18,756 nt of DNA from Thermoproteaceae archaeon. Its GTDB lineage: Archaea; Thermoproteota; Thermoprotei; Thermoproteales; Thermoproteaceae. Of the stretch, positions 17,563-18,756 are shown piece by piece; position 1 is the first letter of the stretch; each line of letters starts with the position of its first letter. The stretch is from positions 1 through 18,756 of the forward strand of contig JAJHRB010000026.1 in NCBI GenBank assembly GCA_020833025.1, written 5' to 3'. A program made the position numbers and the translations under genes. A model generated the notes under the pieces. The model saw nothing but the letters and a program-made list of their open reading frames with translations. It was not told where the DNA came from and made no database searches.

Positions 17563-18224
17563 GTCCCCCCAGCCCTCGCCCGTTTTAAAGTATTGTTAAG
17601 TGCTGCAAACTTGCTGCGGGGCGACGGGTCGTTAACTATTGCCCTGCCGATTATTACGACGTCAACCTCCCTCTTGCCGCTGACTATACGCTCTATCTCG
17701 CGCTCTGTAATGCCGCCCGCAATGCCGACGCTGACGCCCTCGCCCCTGAGCTTGGAGGCCGCGTCGAGAAGCCCGTCGAGGTCAAGCCCAGCCCTACTCT
17801 GCACATCTATCCCGACATGGAGTACGAACATGTCGGGCGTCACGCGCCCCATTATCTCCCTGGCGCGCCCCAGCGCGTCGCGAACTCCGAGCAGGTCAAC
17901 TGCGGTCTTCAGGCCGGCGGACCTGCCCGCTCTCACGAATTCTTCTATTGTCTCTATATTCGTCGCGCCGAGCACGGTGCCCCAGTCGGCCCCGAACTCC
18001 CTGGCGAGTCTCGCCTCGAGCTCGCCGACATCTGCCGTTTTAAGGTCAGCGACGACCTCAGCCCGCGGGCACGCCGCCTTGATCGCGCCGACGGCACTCA
18101 TGCCGTACATCTTAATGAGCGGTGTTCCGGCCTCGACCATCTCAAGGCCACTCTCGCACAGCTCCCTTGCAAGACCAACCGCGCGCCGGATGTCCAGCAA
18201 GTCTAGCGCAACTTGTATTTTCAT
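17559..18224 (-). CDS. hxlA: 3-hexulose-6-phosphate synthase / OMP-decarboxylase-fold (KGPDC/HPS) protein
   Basis: IQVALDL, EAGTPLIKMYG, VADLKTADVG, HVGIDVQ, IAGGI, IIGRAI. ATG 18224 follows TTTTATG (18250-44); ATGA overlap with adkA. Confidence 0.8.
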   Translation of the reverse strand: MKIQVALDLLDIRRAVGLARELCESGLEMVEAGTPLIKMYGMSAVGAIKAACPRAEVVADLKTADVGELEARLAREFGADWGTVLGATNIETIEEFVRAGRSAGLKTAVDLLGVRDALGRAREIMGRVTPDMFVLHVGIDVQSRAGLDLDGLLDAASKLRGEGVSVGIAGGITEREIERIVSGKREVDVVIIGRAIVNDPSPRSKFAALNNTLKRARAGGT

Positions 18225-18366
18225 TGCAGCCACCCACGCGCAGCATAAAAACTCTTGGCGCGCCTCCAAGCCGCGTGCGGCGCAGAGGCGCCTCGATGAA
18301 TTACTGCAGAGGGTGAAGTTCTCCCCTCTTTTTGCGCCCTGCCGGATGCTTATTAACTCCGCGGCC

Positions 18367-18525
18367 TTGCCGCTTTCGTGGAGGGGTGCCTCCCGTCCGG
18401 CGCCGCCGACGTGCTGCCCGGCTGCCTTTCAAGCCGCGCCAGCGCGTTTCCGTTCGAGGAGGCGGCGCCGCGCCCCGCAGGCGGGGACTCCTGCTCCCGT
18501 AGCGTGGCAGGAGGCTGAAGGGGGC
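18367..18525 (+). repeat. Dispersed GC-rich degenerate element, copy B
   Basis: Homologous to 19-223. TTATTAA (18350-56) starts 28 nt before GTGGAGGGG (18378); a T-run follows at about 18540-18544. Confidence 0.8.
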
Positions 18526-18756
18526 AAGACAACTCCCTCTTTTTCCCTCGCCAGCTCCGCTGTGAGGGCGCTGCCGCGCGGCCGGCCGGCTGTCGCTGGC
18601 AGGCATGAGGCGTAGATAGAGACAGGGCACGCGGCACTCTGCATAAACTGGATCTCTGCTCCGACGCGCGCTGTGGGCTCCTTGAGGCCGCGCCGGACAG
18701 CTCTCGATGTCGCCTCTCCTTTGAGATGCCAGCGCTGCCCGAGCACAAGAGCACCC

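Overview
This is a GC-rich archaeal chromosomal segment. It is most likely Thermoproteales (Thermoproteus/Pyrobaculum-like), inferred from the PaREP1 gene, the archaeal housekeeping set, and TATA boxes about 20-25 nt upstream of start codons (leaderless geometry, many GTG starts). Most of the window (about 1.6-18.2 kb) is housekeeping: ROK glucokinase, NMD3, pheT, trpF, a site-2 protease with PDZ-like repeats, TIP49/RuvB-like ATPase, citrate synthase, egsA, a DJ-1/PfpI-like protein, adenylate kinase and an HPS-family enzyme, plus several hypothetical proteins. Features the ORF track does not show: (1) two box C/D sRNA genes (13474-13523 +, 15261-15309 -), the second with guides that match two neighbouring 16S rRNA sites as I recall that sequence; (2) a dispersed, degenerate 160-205 bp GC-rich element at 19-223 and 18367-18525, with a partial copy at 1461-1499; both longer copies have a TATA-like box exactly 28 nt before an RTG-GAG-GGG; (3) an eroded 4-alpha-glucanotransferase (malQ) pseudogene truncated at the partial copy; (4) a head-to-head C5-cytosine methyltransferase and Cys-free PD-(D/E)XK nuclease pair sharing one TATA element. 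Sequence alone does not prove a novel system. The repeat family and the methyltransferase/nuclease pair are the best leads. No CRISPR array, tRNA, rRNA or transposase was found.
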